DNA of 64,000 nt from IMG/VR virus record IMGVR_UViG_3300042520_000860, positions 1-64,000 of that record. One strand, 5' to 3'. Below, piece after piece: positions 18,445 through 30,600 of this stretch (within the stretch, counting starts at the first letter, position 1; every line of letters begins with the position of its first letter). The DNA comes from a virus. Under the pieces are notes generated by a model. That model saw only the letters and a program-made list of their open reading frames with translations. It had not been told where the DNA came from and searched no databases. Position numbers and translations under genes: made by a program.

Positions 18445-21400
18445 TTAGCGGTTCACATCAAGGTCTAGGCCAACGGGGAAGGTCGCGGAGCTGTAGCTCT
18501 TACCGTTTTTCACCCATTCAATTTCACCGACACACGCGAGAGGCGCGGCAATCTTAGGCTGCGAAGTGGCGGTGGTCGTAGCTTGTTGCGAAATGATCCA
18601 GTCCTCCACTATGCTCATTGACTCAGTTGAAGAATCGACGCCCCGAACGGATGCGAGTTCGTAGTACGGGGTGTCCTCTTCAGTGACGACGGTAGGAGAG
18701 TCAACTGATTCAAAGATCAATGGATCGTCCACGTTGTTGATTGCGCGAATCGTCAAACGAATGCGAGTCGGAGCGATGGCAAAAGACTGCTCGTCGCCGT
18801 CGATGAAGAACACTCCGAATCTCAAATCGTCGCCAATCTTAAAGGCGAGCGAATCAACCATCAAACTACTCTGCACTAAACGCGTGCGGGCATTGATTTG
18901 AAGATCAATCAAGTCCCACTTCGCGGCAAGCCACGGGAAGCGTGCGATTGCCTCGCCAGCGCCTTTCTCTTGAACCTTGGCAGCGGTAGTCGGATCGACA
19001 ATGAAGTCAACAATCAGCGGCAAACTAGCAGCGCGGCCAATCGCCGTAGCCGTCACTTGCGTCAGGTAGGTTCCTGCGGTCGTCACGGTTCCAGTGATTG
19101 TCCCAGTCTCTCTATCAATTTTTAATCCGGGTGGTAGCCCATCGGCAGCCCACTCGGCTGGCGCTGGATCAGACTTGAATGCGATCTTCACTTTATCACC
19201 AATCAACAGTGGCTTATCGCTGGTGTATGATTTGAGATTCGACGGGGTCACAATCACGGTCGGCATTTCAGACGGATCGAGAAAGTCAGTCGAAAGAACC
19301 GATAGCGTGTAAGTCACATCGACGAAGCGAGTCGGGGTGTAGTTCTTTTGCGTAGCGCGAAGAACGATGCTGTACGAGCCAGTCGCCGCCACTGAGCCTA
19401 CAAGATAAGGAGTCCCAACAGAGTCAGTGATGATCGAAACGCCAGCGGGTGCGCCAGAAACAATCGTCCAAGTAGAGTCTCTGCTCGCTTCGAGTTTTTG
19501 ACGGATGTAGCGATTGACGATTGCGCGGATTGATTTCGGGTCGGAATAGAAGTCACGAACGGTAACGGTAAGCGACTGACTCGAAGTGCCTTTTCTATTA
19601 CTGGCGGTGATAGGAATTACCTGAATGCCAGCCGATGTGAAAATGCCCTCAATCATTCCGCTTTCGGTATTCAGATAGAACTCAGGAAGATTGGTCAACG
19701 TTGCGCCAAACGAGGCCGCGCCGAGCGCAACAATCTGGTACTGGAAAGTTGTCCCAACGTCGGCAAATACTGATAGCTGGCTGGTAATAGACGGTGGTTG
19801 AAGTCCGCGATAGTAGTATTCAAACCCAACTGAAGCCGTCGCATTGTTTGCAGCAGCCGACCAAACTTTTTTACCACTTGACTCAGTGACAACAGTTAAA
19901 GAACCAGCTAGTGAGTAGCGGGCCTCAGCAAAGTACCTTCCTCCATCTTTGAGTCCGTAGACTTGTTGAAGGGTAGTAAATTGCAGACTGCTTTTTGGAA
20001 TGCTAGTCATGCTAGCGTCAATCTTTTCAAAAATCTTCCAAGTGCTTGGAGGCGGCGCGGTGCTAGAAATCTGCGGCGTGGTCAATGCGTCAGCGGTGAA
20101 GGTTACTAGCCCAACCGTGGTATCAAATTCACTAGAGACTTGCGCCAAGTCGAATGACGGCAAGTTGATGTTTCCAACGTCGTCATAGGCTAGTTGTCCA
20201 GTGAGCTTTCCAGCCTGAGAGGTAGAAACTCCGTAGCTTCCTAAGCCAGCATTAGACGTTGAGTAGTCCCCTACGACATAAACCTTCAAAGAAAAAGATT
20301 TTGACTCAAATTCCGTAGACGCATTCCAACTACCGATAAGAATCGAAGTAGTTTTTTGGCTACTCTTTGGAAATGAAGTGGACAAGGTAACCCCCGTTTC
20401 GTTGTCGTATCTATCGACCTTAACAGAGTGATTTTTAGTCTCATTGTTTAACCACTCAATGACCCCGTAATAGCTAACAGTAGTCTTATCAGATGACAGT
20501 ACGCGCCTAACACTCGTAGCCCTAACGGATAGAGGCTGGTCCAAGTCTCTAACACTGATACTTATGGTAAAGTCATCACTTACAACGGGGCTTGAGCCAG
20601 TCAACGTTGCTCGGATAGTAGCAGTGTATGAACCAGCAAACCTAAGAACTCCATTTAAGCGTCCGCTTACTATTGTCAACGCTCCAGTAGGTACTTCGGC
20701 GCTTGTACTTACTAGGGTAAAAGTCGCTGGCGATGACGCGCTTAACGCAAGGTCAATAGGCTCGCTAGGGCTTAGTTCGATAGAGGTATCATTACCTACA
20801 AATGCCGCTGCCGTAAACTTAACTGATCCAGTTGATGTGCCTACCGCATTTGTCGCAAAAACTTGCAGCGTGTAAGTACCAGCGGCAGTCATAGTAGCCG
20901 TGATAGTTCCAGTAGGGTCAATCGTCGCGGTTAAACCAGTGGGGATAGTGCCAAGGCTAAAGCTAGCTGCTCCTGCTGCGGCAGCCGTTACCGTTCCACC
21001 AGACACGGATTTTACTACATAGGTAAAAGGCTGACCAACTACTGTTCTAATCACAGGGGTTGAGGTAGTCTCAATAGAGGGCAAAGAAAATATCTCATAC
21101 TTGACATCAGCGTTGCTTTTGAATTTTTGTGAAAGCTGGCTAAATAACCGAACTGTAGAAGTTGAATTTCCAGTTAAGGTCATGTAAAAGTAATAAAGAG
21201 CCAGTGTAGCTTTGCCTTGGATTGCGCTTGATAAGTAATTACCAGCCCATGCTTGGACGTTTTGAAATCTTGTAAGTGAGTGGGAGGGTGTAATTTTTTC
21301 AGGTAAAAGATCAACGGTGGCATCCAAGCCGCTGCCATAAGTTATTTCAGTAGATACGGTGTAAAAACGACCGGGGGTCATAAATGGGCTAACAACGCTT

Positions 21401-22188
21401 TGGTTTATCACCTCAACGTAAGGAGACCTAACCAACCTATTTTCGATAGGACTTGCGGTGTCGAGTAGACGTGCAGTATCTACGACTGAATCAGACTCTG
21501 TAACAAAAGCAGGGTCAATAAACCTAGTACTAATAGAGCCGTTAGCCCCAAGCTGCGGAGTTAAAGGGCCATCCAAAACAACGGAGTCGCCTAAACTGAT
21601 AGTTTTCGTTAAAACTGAGGTTTTAGTTTCTTGAGTATCTGTAACGCGGATCTCAACTGTAACAATCGTTGATTGAGATGAGAACGAGGTATTAGGGTCT
21701 AAGTCACTCAAGTAAAAGGTACACCCTGCAACTTTGGCCCTGTTTAATCTCCCCCCTCCAACATAGGAGGAGCTTGATTCATTTTGAGCGTAGTAAATCT
21801 GCTGGGATTGCCTTGCAATACCAGTAGCAAAGCATAGCTTATGTGCATAGACTTCGGCTTGTGCAGCCGTAACGTTGTTTTGGTTTAAGGACAACACCTC
21901 ATTAGCAAGATTAGTGTAGTACACTTCAGTCAGCACGCGCTTCATTCCAACCTCATAAACGGTGACAGTGGTGTAATGGCTGTCCGTGTTTGGATTTACC
22001 CAAGAAATGTCTAGCTCATACCTTACGTTATGCTTACCGACTGGTAAAGCGTAGGAAAGTCCAGTATTTAGTAAATTTTGGTCAAAGAACGTTGGAAAAA
22101 ACCTACCGTTGCTTTTAGGGAAGTGACCGTCGTCTATTGACCGTGTGATTTTGTCAATCTTTAACCCTGTGACTGCTGTAAGTGCCAT
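18445..22188 (-). CDS. large Ig-like (He_PIG repeat) tail fibre or adhesin
   Basis: GLPPGLKIDRETGTITGT, IPTGLTATIDPTGTIT and LPEFYLNTESGMIEG repeats; S/T-rich. Confidence 0.7.
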   Translation of the reverse strand: MALTAVTGLKIDKITRSIDDGHFPKSNGRFFPTFFDQNLLNTGLSYALPVGKHNVRYELDISWVNPNTDSHYTTVTVYEVGMKRVLTEVYYTNLANEVLSLNQNNVTAAQAEVYAHKLCFATGIARQSQQIYYAQNESSSSYVGGGRLNRAKVAGCTFYLSDLDPNTSFSSQSTIVTVEIRVTDTQETKTSVLTKTISLGDSVVLDGPLTPQLGANGSISTRFIDPAFVTESDSVVDTARLLDTASPIENRLVRSPYVEVINQSVVSPFMTPGRFYTVSTEITYGSGLDATVDLLPEKITPSHSLTRFQNVQAWAGNYLSSAIQGKATLALYYFYMTLTGNSTSTVRLFSQLSQKFKSNADVKYEIFSLPSIETTSTPVIRTVVGQPFTYVVKSVSGGTVTAAAAGAASFSLGTIPTGLTATIDPTGTITATMTAAGTYTLQVFATNAVGTSTGSVKFTAAAFVGNDTSIELSPSEPIDLALSASSPATFTLVSTSAEVPTGALTIVSGRLNGVLRFAGSYTATIRATLTGSSPVVSDDFTISISVRDLDQPLSVRATSVRRVLSSDKTTVSYYGVIEWLNNETKNHSVKVDRYDNETGVTLSTSFPKSSQKTTSILIGSWNASTEFESKSFSLKVYVVGDYSTSNAGLGSYGVSTSQAGKLTGQLAYDDVGNINLPSFDLAQVSSEFDTTVGLVTFTADALTTPQISSTAPPPSTWKIFEKIDASMTSIPKSSLQFTTLQQVYGLKDGGRYFAEARYSLAGSLTVVTESSGKKVWSAAANNATASVGFEYYYRGLQPPSITSQLSVFADVGTTFQYQIVALGAASFGATLTNLPEFYLNTESGMIEGIFTSAGIQVIPITASNRKGTSSQSLTVTVRDFYSDPKSIRAIVNRYIRQKLEASRDSTWTIVSGAPAGVSIITDSVGTPYLVGSVAATGSYSIVLRATQKNYTPTRFVDVTYTLSVLSTDFLDPSEMPTVIVTPSNLKSYTSDKPLLIGDKVKIAFKSDPAPAEWAADGLPPGLKIDRETGTITGTVTTAGTYLTQVTATAIGRAASLPLIVDFIVDPTTAAKVQEKGAGEAIARFPWLAAKWDLIDLQINARTRLVQSSLMVDSLAFKIGDDLRFGVFFIDGDEQSFAIAPTRIRLTIRAINNVDDPLIFESVDSPTVVTEEDTPYYELASVRGVDSSTESMSIVEDWIISQQATTTATSQPKIAAPLACVGEIEWVKNGKSYSSATFPVGLDLDVNR

Positions 22189-22207
22189 GATTTTGTAATT
22201 CTAAAAG

Positions 22208-24625
22208 TTATGATGCTGAGTAAGGCGTAATTTTTGCGAAGCCGTAAACGTCTGCCGTAGTATCGCCTTCGATCTTCACGTTGAGGCCATTGATAGCCAC
22301 AAGCCCGCGAGGGTCAGTTTCATTGTTGCCAGTATCGAATCTCGCCAGCCTACCGCGAACGATGAAGTTCGGACTAGTAAGCACCGTGGTGGTTGTCTCG
22401 TAGCCGCCATAGAGTTTCTTTTCGACAATGAAGCTGTCTTGAAGGTTCGCGATTGTTCGGGCAATCTTGATTCCGAATGTGTGCGTACTGGCGACTTCAG
22501 TGAGAAGGAAAGAGTAATCAAGCGACGGCGCGAGGAAGGTAACGTCATCAAGGTTGCTCGGATTGCTCGGACTCTTTGTTGGAATGCCGATGTCGATGAC
22601 AATACCCCAGTGAACTGGCGTGCTGGATTTGAAGACTGCGGCAACTATTCCAAGATCCAAAATGAACTGGTTGCCAGTGCGGAGCTGACGGTCATTGACT
22701 GGTACGCGGAATAGCTCACGGGTAAAGTCAGACGGGTAATAGACGCTCTCGCCGCTATTGACTCGCTCGACTTGGTAGAAGCCACGGCCATCCCATGCGT
22801 AGAAGGCGGGGGCTTTGACTTTCTTCAGCTTGCGCCCAAGATAACCGGGGATACTGAGTTCTTTGGAAGTGTCGGTGTATTGGTAGACCGCCGACAATGA
22901 AGGCGCGGTCGGAAGCGTGTTTGCAACCGTGACCGCTCCTTGCAGATACTTCGCGGGTAACAAGCCACCGCCGCGAGGAAGCGAGCTTGGAATGATTGAC
23001 GCGACGCCTTGTTCTCCACCTCCGCCAGCTTCAAGCACGGGCTGAGTGCGTAGCGGGAAAATCTCGAAGAAAGAAGGAAGAGTCCACGCGGCGACGCCTT
23101 GTACCTTACTGGACGAGCTGACATTGGCGTTTGGAATGTAAGTTTCCAATGCCTCGACGCGCTCGCCCAAGTCCTCTAACAAAAAGCCCAAGCCATTGAT
23201 CTGCGCAATCGTATGGGTGTGGTTGACGAATGCCGATTTTGGCCCTGCCGTGGTAATAACCACGCGAAATTGATTGTCAGTTGCAAGGTTTGCAAACTTA
23301 ACGGAAAGCACGTCGTCACTTTCATGAAAAACATCTTCAGGGTAAATGAGCTTACCTCCGTCTAACTGATCGAAGACCGACACGTGCAGGTCGGTCGTTC
23401 CAAGATTGTGTGAAACTTTGTAGCATCCTTCTTGAGCGTCGTAATCGCTTGAACTAAGCGTCAATGAGTAATGCTGTGATCCGAAAATCACTTGATCGCG
23501 GGTGAACGGAACGTAAGTCTCACCAATCGGCGGGCGAAGCCAGTCAACGTTTGAGGCAGCTTCGAGCCCCTCCCAGTTCAGTTCACGCTCGATGGTAATC
23601 GGCATCTTGCAAAGCGACATCGTTGTGAGCGTTTCATCCGCTTCCTCAAAGGTGGCTTCGATCTCTAAAAAGGATTTTACATCAGGCGCGGAGCGAAGAG
23701 CCTCGGCAACCTCAATAGTATTAGTGTCAAGCGTCAGGGTAGGATCGCCGACGTCGTTGGAAGTCACAGTAACCTCTATCAACTCTTGCGAAACCCCTTC
23801 CATCGAGCCTTTGAATGTAATGTGGGCAAAGTTGTTTCGCGGGTTTGTCACCTCAAAGTTACCGCCTTCATCAGCAAGTTTTACGATAGCGGCTTTGATT
23901 TCGTCTGGCCCGTCCTCGATTGAAAGCTCATCGGTTCGTTTGTAGCCACGCTTTAGCACGTAAGTGCCACGGAAGGATGGAAGAACCTTTAGGCTTTGAA
24001 TTTCTGGCCACTTGGTGAATGCGTCTTCGCCACCCTCTTGAACTCGCTTCACTTCCGGCATATCTGGAAGAATCGGCACGAAATCCACCGTTGACGCCAA
24101 CGGAGACTGAATGAGGCGAATGTCATAGTGGTAGGCATCGTTAAACCTCATTTCCCTTACCCGAACGAAGGATAGTGGTTTCAAAGATTCGACAAGTCCA
24201 GAGACTGAAGTTCCAGCCAATCCTGTGATTCGCTGTCCTTCATTAGAGATGATCCACGAACCATCAGTATTGACAACCGTCACGCCGCCAAGCCCGATTT
24301 CTGCTAGTGCGCTTTGAACGGCCCGCGAAGTTGCATTGAAAGCGATTGCGGGCGTTTGATTCTCTCCTTCCACATACGGGCCGTTGCCTTTCCGTAGCAC
24401 GAAATGGCCTGATTCGGGTCTTGAATCGTATGCACCGATTGATGCCCTAATAGATACAAGGTTCTTGGTAACTTCAGATGACGATCCGTTGACAGACGAA
24501 AGAAAGCGAAGCCCGATTCTCAGCTTATCGCCTTGTGTAATAGCCGGAAAGGTAAAGCCAGAACCGCCAGACGCTGTTTCGGTAAGCGTTTTTTTGTTTA
24601 AGTCAGCGTAGAGAACCAGTTGCAT
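22208..24625 (-). CDS. tail or baseplate structural protein
   Basis: N-terminal ITQGDKLRIGLRFL BppU-like motif; VSHNLGT motif; context. Confidence 0.55.
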   Translation of the reverse strand: MQLVLYADLNKKTLTETASGGSGFTFPAITQGDKLRIGLRFLSSVNGSSSEVTKNLVSIRASIGAYDSRPESGHFVLRKGNGPYVEGENQTPAIAFNATSRAVQSALAEIGLGGVTVVNTDGSWIISNEGQRITGLAGTSVSGLVESLKPLSFVRVREMRFNDAYHYDIRLIQSPLASTVDFVPILPDMPEVKRVQEGGEDAFTKWPEIQSLKVLPSFRGTYVLKRGYKRTDELSIEDGPDEIKAAIVKLADEGGNFEVTNPRNNFAHITFKGSMEGVSQELIEVTVTSNDVGDPTLTLDTNTIEVAEALRSAPDVKSFLEIEATFEEADETLTTMSLCKMPITIERELNWEGLEAASNVDWLRPPIGETYVPFTRDQVIFGSQHYSLTLSSSDYDAQEGCYKVSHNLGTTDLHVSVFDQLDGGKLIYPEDVFHESDDVLSVKFANLATDNQFRVVITTAGPKSAFVNHTHTIAQINGLGFLLEDLGERVEALETYIPNANVSSSSKVQGVAAWTLPSFFEIFPLRTQPVLEAGGGGEQGVASIIPSSLPRGGGLLPAKYLQGAVTVANTLPTAPSLSAVYQYTDTSKELSIPGYLGRKLKKVKAPAFYAWDGRGFYQVERVNSGESVYYPSDFTRELFRVPVNDRQLRTGNQFILDLGIVAAVFKSSTPVHWGIVIDIGIPTKSPSNPSNLDDVTFLAPSLDYSFLLTEVASTHTFGIKIARTIANLQDSFIVEKKLYGGYETTTTVLTSPNFIVRGRLARFDTGNNETDPRGLVAINGLNVKIEGDTTADVYGFAKITPYSAS

Positions 24626-24629
24626 TTGT

Positions 24630-24848
24630 TTAGGAGGATATTCTTTCGGAGCTAACGTTAAGCAGTTGTTGTGGAATCAAAGGGATAATTCTGTAAGGAA
24701 AAGACGGATTGATGATTAGCTCAAAGCGTGGTGAGTATTGCTCAATCTGCTTCTGGTTGTCAAGCCGCGCTCGCTTATTCAAGCCAAGGCCGTCTTTTTT
24801 ACCAATATCTAGGGCGTTAGCGCCGAATGAAATAGTGCTATCACTCAT
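24630..24848 (-). CDS. hypothetical tail protein
   Basis: ORF with ATGA overlap. Confidence 0.5.
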   Translation of the reverse strand: MSDSTISFGANALDIGKKDGLGLNKRARLDNQKQIEQYSPRFELIINPSFPYRIIPLIPQQLLNVSSERISS

Positions 24849-26080
24849 GTCGTCCAGAAAATTCCTTTTTGACGCTTGGATCGCAACGCCGCCATGTATC
24901 GTGAGACCATGTCATTTATCGGCGCTAGTAGTGCGTTAAAGAATCCGCCTAGAATTGCGAATCCGGGGCTGGGGGGCAAGAAAATCCTAAGAGGGTCGGG
25001 GTTCATAATTGGCGGAATCTCGGCGGGCATGTAGCATAGGTTCCAAAAAACCTCATTCTTGACTTCTACCTGCCAATGCTTCCCTATTGGGTCTTTTGGA
25101 TCGGTACCAAACGGTGAAATGAAGTACACCGTCGCCAGTTTTAAGTAGTCAAACTCTTGGTCTCCGGCACTGTCGCTAAGCCCTGCTAGCGTTAGCGCCT
25201 CATAGTCCAGTTCGATGGGTGGCTTAAAAGGGCCAGAATCAACAAAAACCATTGCGTATCTTCGCGTTTTTGAAAGCCGCGCATATCGCGGGGTGACCAG
25301 CTCGTTGTAGCCATCCAAGAATGGGTTTCCTTTTGTGACGTCATACTTTAGCGAGGCCCGTTCAACTCTCAAAACAACGTCCACCGCTTTTAAGATTCTG
25401 ATTTGTTTTAGGTCTGGATCTTTTATCTCTTCCGTAAACTTTATGCCAGCCCCAGTGATCTTACGCTTTTCATTTGACTCTTCCACGCCCATCATTTTGA
25501 ACGCTTCGGGTACTGGTTCATAAGCAAAGTCTATCTGCCCTTGTTTTAATGTAAGTTGCGACTGTGATCCAAACCCTATGGTTCTTGCGCCTAAAGGAGA
25601 GATTTCGTAAAAAGGGAACTCGCTAAGAGGAACGTCAATTATCTCTTTATCTTCGGGAGCTTTCGCTTCCTCGCCTGTTTCCTCCGAGGCTTTTTCCCTT
25701 TCCTTTTTTACTCTGTCTCGGCTAACCTGCGAGGCATTTTTCGCCTTAACCATAACTCTAGGCGGAGTACCGTTTACAAAACCGGGCGTGATTTGAAGAT
25801 GCCATGCGTAGTTTTTTTCGTCATCGTCCTTGTTACTTGATCCAACATAGGAATCCAGTTCGAGTTTATTGTTTACCTCTGTATCATTACGCATCCATGC
25901 GGCGGTGACGCTAAAAGGATGAAGAAACACAGGGGGCTTTTCGTTAATCGTGAGCCTTGACTCTTCGATCTTACCTTGTAGCACGTCAAGCGCCTTACGG
26001 CTGACAGCAGGAAGCTTTACAATACGTGGCCTTGTAACAACAGTAGACGCGCTGACTGCGTGTGGTTGGGCTTTTTTCAT
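24845..26080 (-). CDS. hypothetical tail-tip protein
   Basis: HPFSV...ITPGFVNG resembles HPFRV...SAGTVNG of the neighbouring gene. Confidence 0.55.
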   Translation of the reverse strand: MKKAQPHAVSASTVVTRPRIVKLPAVSRKALDVLQGKIEESRLTINEKPPVFLHPFSVTAAWMRNDTEVNNKLELDSYVGSSNKDDDEKNYAWHLQITPGFVNGTPPRVMVKAKNASQVSRDRVKKEREKASEETGEEAKAPEDKEIIDVPLSEFPFYEISPLGARTIGFGSQSQLTLKQGQIDFAYEPVPEAFKMMGVEESNEKRKITGAGIKFTEEIKDPDLKQIRILKAVDVVLRVERASLKYDVTKGNPFLDGYNELVTPRYARLSKTRRYAMVFVDSGPFKPPIELDYEALTLAGLSDSAGDQEFDYLKLATVYFISPFGTDPKDPIGKHWQVEVKNEVFWNLCYMPAEIPPIMNPDPLRIFLPPSPGFAILGGFFNALLAPINDMVSRYMAALRSKRQKGIFWTT

Positions 26081-26796
26081 TAGATTTGATAAAATACGTG
26101 CCTTCCGATTGTCAGCCGTTTTGGGTTATCAATAATCTCCGCTAAAGTTGCGCGACGATCTTGAAAAGAATAGCGAAGGTTAAAGTGAGTGACTTGCAAG
26201 ACGGTTAAAACCGACAGTTTATCATCGCTAAACTGGACAAACCCAAGGGGGTGGTATCCAAATTCATCGTTCTCGCCCGCAACAGGCCCCTCAAACTCTT
26301 TTTCAAGAACAATTTGTAAGTCCTCTGGGTTTGTGGTGGTGCCTTTTTCTTCGTCTATTTTGGTTCCGAAGTCGCCCGTCGTTTTATTTCTTTTGACCCT
26401 TACCAGAATGTAGAGGCCCCCGTCGTCATTGATTTTGCTCATGTCCATTGTACCAACGGGCAGGCTTGTCGTCTCGTAGTCAAACTCTCCCTTCTGATTG
26501 TAGCCATTCAACCTCAGGAACTCTCCCCCAGTCGCTGACTTGATGTAGGGTATGATACCGTTTACAGTCCCTGCGCTGACGCTAAAATAAGAATCGTTTG
26601 CGGCCACGCGAAATGGATGATCCCAAAAATCTTGCTTGAATAACTTAACTAAAGTCCCTTGGGGCGTAATCGTTCGATTGATACTAGGGGCAGACACCAA
26701 GCGCGGCGGGTTAAGATCCATGCTGCGTTGGAGTCTCTTAAACGCAAGGCTAACAGGCTCGCCAAGCCTGCTTTTATTGAACATCGACGGTCTCAT
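26080..26796 (-). CDS. hypothetical tail-tip protein
   Basis: TPQGT...HPFRV...AGTVNG; context. Confidence 0.55.
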   Translation of the reverse strand: MRPSMFNKSRLGEPVSLAFKRLQRSMDLNPPRLVSAPSINRTITPQGTLVKLFKQDFWDHPFRVAANDSYFSVSAGTVNGIIPYIKSATGGEFLRLNGYNQKGEFDYETTSLPVGTMDMSKINDDGGLYILVRVKRNKTTGDFGTKIDEEKGTTTNPEDLQIVLEKEFEGPVAGENDEFGYHPLGFVQFSDDKLSVLTVLQVTHFNLRYSFQDRRATLAEIIDNPKRLTIGRHVFYQI

Positions 26797-26826
26797 ATTT
26801 TTTATTTTCTATTAAGGTTTGACACC

Positions 26827-27618
26827 TCAGACGGCTTTCTCAAACACGTCTTCGGGCCACTTTTTACCGGGCGCAGATAGAAGCCACTCTACTTGGACTC
26901 TAAAAAAAATACCGTTCTTTTCCAATTTTGGAGGAAGTTGAAGCCAGTTCCTACCCTTGAAATCGCCTTTATCTGATAACGTTGCGTCTGGTATTTTGTC
27001 CCGTATCTTACCAGCGTCTGACACGTATTTCATCCACCTGTCCTTTGTCCCGAAAACTTTCGAGAACCTAGCCTGTAATGCAGGATAGGTTTTCATTCCG
27101 TACAGCGGGTTGATGTCGCCGCCAGCCCCGCCAAACTCACTAAGTCCACTACCCTTTTCAGCGGCGGCTGGCCTAGTAGCGGGGAAGTCATATGTGCCAT
27201 CTGACCTTGGAACGCCACCGTACTTTTTAGCGAGTGCTTTAATGTTTGGATGCGCTTCAAGCGGCTCTTCGCTGTAGTTGTAGTCCATGGTTTCAACAAC
27301 GCCAAACTCACCCTCGTAGTCGCCCTCTCCTTTAACTTGGTAGAGCGTCTTGTAAACAGCCGTGACAATGAAGTGGCCGCCAGAATCGTTCAGTGCCTCG
27401 GCGGACAGTGAATCAAGAACAAACTCAGTGTACCCCCCAAACTCAGGAACTTTTTTAGGGGTACCAGCTATCTCAGCCTCTTTCCTTAAAAAGCGAAGTG
27501 TTAGCGTTACGATGTTGTTTTCGTCACAACTTACAGTTTCACCATCTAGGATCTGATTTGGAGGTACAGCCCCTAGGAGGTTAGTTTTAGTGCATGTTTC
27601 TATTGTTGCGTTTGACAT
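26827..27618 (-). CDS. putative distal tail or hub protein
   Basis: Directly after the tape measure gene; EEPLEAHP and RNWL motifs. Confidence 0.5.
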   Translation of the reverse strand: MSNATIETCTKTNLLGAVPPNQILDGETVSCDENNIVTLTLRFLRKEAEIAGTPKKVPEFGGYTEFVLDSLSAEALNDSGGHFIVTAVYKTLYQVKGEGDYEGEFGVVETMDYNYSEEPLEAHPNIKALAKKYGGVPRSDGTYDFPATRPAAAEKGSGLSEFGGAGGDINPLYGMKTYPALQARFSKVFGTKDRWMKYVSDAGKIRDKIPDATLSDKGDFKGRNWLQLPPKLEKNGIFFRVQVEWLLSAPGKKWPEDVFEKAV

Positions 27619-30600
27619 TATGCTACTGTTGCTACGTATTTAATACTTTCTTTGATTTTTGCAAGTTCGACAAGTGTCTTCAGGTAACCGTTCTGCTCCT
27701 TAGCCGCTTCAAGCAAGCCACTATTGGATGATCTGCCGAAAAGCTGGTTCATAGCGGTTGCGCCGCTGCCTAGTTGACGAGGCTTACCAGCGAGCGGGTT
27801 CATCTCTTCGTTCTTCTCGTTTAGGGAAATCCCTAGATTTGCTGATACTTTTCTTTTAGCAAGCTCACGTGCCTGCGCTTGTCCTTCTTTGCCTGTTAGC
27901 TTCATTGCCGCCGCAATGGCCGCTTGCTCTTTGGCTATCTCATTCTGTATCCCTTTTCCGTCACCTTCGGTAAACGCCAACGAAGGGTTGGCGTTAAGCC
28001 TACTAGCTACTGAAGCCACGTCATTCTGGCCATTAAGGCTAGGCGCAGCGTCGAGCCCTGCCGCTGCTTGGAGCCCTGCCGCGCTTTGTAAACTACCGCC
28101 AGCTTTATTGAGGTTTTGAGCGGCGCGGGTAAGCGCATCCTCCCATGGGAATTTACCGCTTTTCTCCTTTGCTTCAAGAATTTCAATTTCTCGCATTTGC
28201 GAGTCTTTAGACTCTTTTTCTTTTAGCGCGTCGTCATACTTTTTATTTGCGGCACCGACTTTATCCAGCAAAGAGATAAGATCATTGAATGGCTTTTGAG
28301 TGAGTATGTCACTGAGGCCTCGTTTTTTTAGCTCCTCTGCAACTTTTGCGTAATACGCCGCAATGTCTTCAGCATTTTTAAGCTCAACGCTTGGATCAAT
28401 AAGCGGCTTTATGCCGTTTTGGGATAGGATTTCGTCAATCTTTTTACGCGTTTCATTGGCATCCTTAATAGCCGAGTCATCATCTGCGGAGGCTATGCTC
28501 ATACGCTGACCCTCTGGTAGAAGGATGTTTACGCGAATGTCTCGTTGCTCAAGTGCTTGACGAATTTTATTTCCAGCCTCTATGCTTGCTTTAACTGCTT
28601 CATCAAGTTGCTTCAAAAAAGGCTCTACCGTGGCCTGAAGTTTTACATTTCCAGATTTTTTAGCCTCTTCAAGCACCTTGTGATAGTACTTTGCAACAGA
28701 CTCTACGTCGGTTAATGCCTCATCCTTATCAAAAGTTAATTGTAGCTTAGAAGGTGTTAGACGGTCAACTGCGCTTTTTGCCTCTGCTAACTTAGGATCA
28801 GAGTTGACGACATCCATGAAGGATTTTCCGTCGGTAGAAGGGGAGTTTGGCTTTACGCGTTTGTCCTTAGCCAAATCTTTGGTTAAATCGGAGCCTAACT
28901 CCGACTGAGGGGACACCGCAAACTTTGCAGCCGCATCAAGTTCTTTTCTTATTCCAGCTACTTTATCACGAGCCTCGGAAAACTTTTTGCCCTGTGCGTC
29001 TAATGCGTCAGCGTCACTTAACCCACCTATCGCAACGTCGAGCCTTTGGCCATAAGCTGCGTTAAACTCTTTGGCAGCCTCTGCCTGTAGTTTAAGGTTT
29101 TGTGCAATCTGGGCTGACATCTTGACGCGCATCTCCTCTATCGCCAGTGCGTTTGCATTATGGTCTTTAATCTCTTGCTCGGTTCTTAGCTGAGCCTGCC
29201 TTTTGGCATTTAGCTCGACTGACTTATCAAGCAGTCTATTTAAGTAAGCCTCCGTAGCTTTCAGGTTTTCTAACTGGGCTTCATTCGGCTTCTGCTTACC
29301 AATGAGGGCTAGCTTTTCAAATAAAGTGCTTCCTGCATTTACGTCTTTTTGGGCTTGATACCTTAATTTTTCAATAGCGAGAATGTCTGCTTGCAGTTGT
29401 TTCTGTGCTTTTGCCAAAGCCACGCCGTCTTTTGCCTCGGCGATGTTCCTTGTCGCGTTTGAGGTCATCTGGTTGCCAGTCTCATTTACAGTGTCGGCCC
29501 CTTCAAATTTTTCAGAGGCTAACTTATCAAACTGCGTAATCGCATAAGCCGCTGCGGCAGCTATCGGGGTACGTGTTGCTAATCTAATCTGTACAGGGAC
29601 GCTGGCTAACTCTTTTGCCATGACTATCCTCGCACCACTTGCCCAGTAGCCAGCATTCTTTAACAAAGCTGGCCCGCCAAACGAGGTAAACGCTTTTCCG
29701 AGTCCAGCTGCAATTCCTTTGCCTATGGCATTCGCTACCACCATGGCTCCAATAACATACGCAGTGGTTTCTAATCCACTAGCATCCTCAGGGGCTATCT
29801 CCATCCCTATCGCTGCGCCAGCTACTGTTCCAACGTTACCCCCTATTGCTTTTAGTCTAGCGGAGGCATTGGTGGTTAGCGCAGTAGTGTTTGCTTGAAC
29901 CATTTTTGTCTCAAATGCCCATCTTGCTGCGCTTGCGACAAGATGCCCAATAAGTGATGCAGCCTGAACTGCTTTGTAGGCAATGACTACTTGCGCAAGC
30001 ACAAGAGCGATATTCCCTACCTCTCGTATGTTCTCAACAATAGCGTCGCGATTGTCATTTAGGTATTTAGTGAAGTCTTCAATGTCTCCCCTAAACTTTT
30101 CATAGAAGTCTGAGGCAAGTGCAATGCGCAACGCATCGAAAGCCGCACCAAGCTCATCCAAGTCGCCAGTAAGGTTATCCATTCGCGTTTCGGCCATCTT
30201 CTTTGCAGCGATGTTAGCGTCATTCATGGCCTGCTTCATACCATCAAACGAAGCAGCGTTTCGACCTAGTATGCTTGAAATGTCGATGTTCTCGACGCCA
30301 AATAATTTTGAAAGGGTAGGGATGTCTAGGGTAGCCAACTTATTCAGTGAGTTTTCAACTCCTACAATCTGTGGGTTGATCTCTGATGCAGATACTCCAA
30401 CGGCACGCAATGCTTCCACAGCGTCTTTTGTTGGACCTGCTAGCTTGACCATCACGGAAGTTAGGCCGCGTCCAGCCATGCCGCCACGAATGCCATTATT
30501 TGCAAGGATTGCAAGTAGTGCGCTAGTCTCATCCAAGGGAATGTTCATGGCTTTGGCAACGGGGGCCACGTACTTGAGTGCCTCACCCATATCATCAATG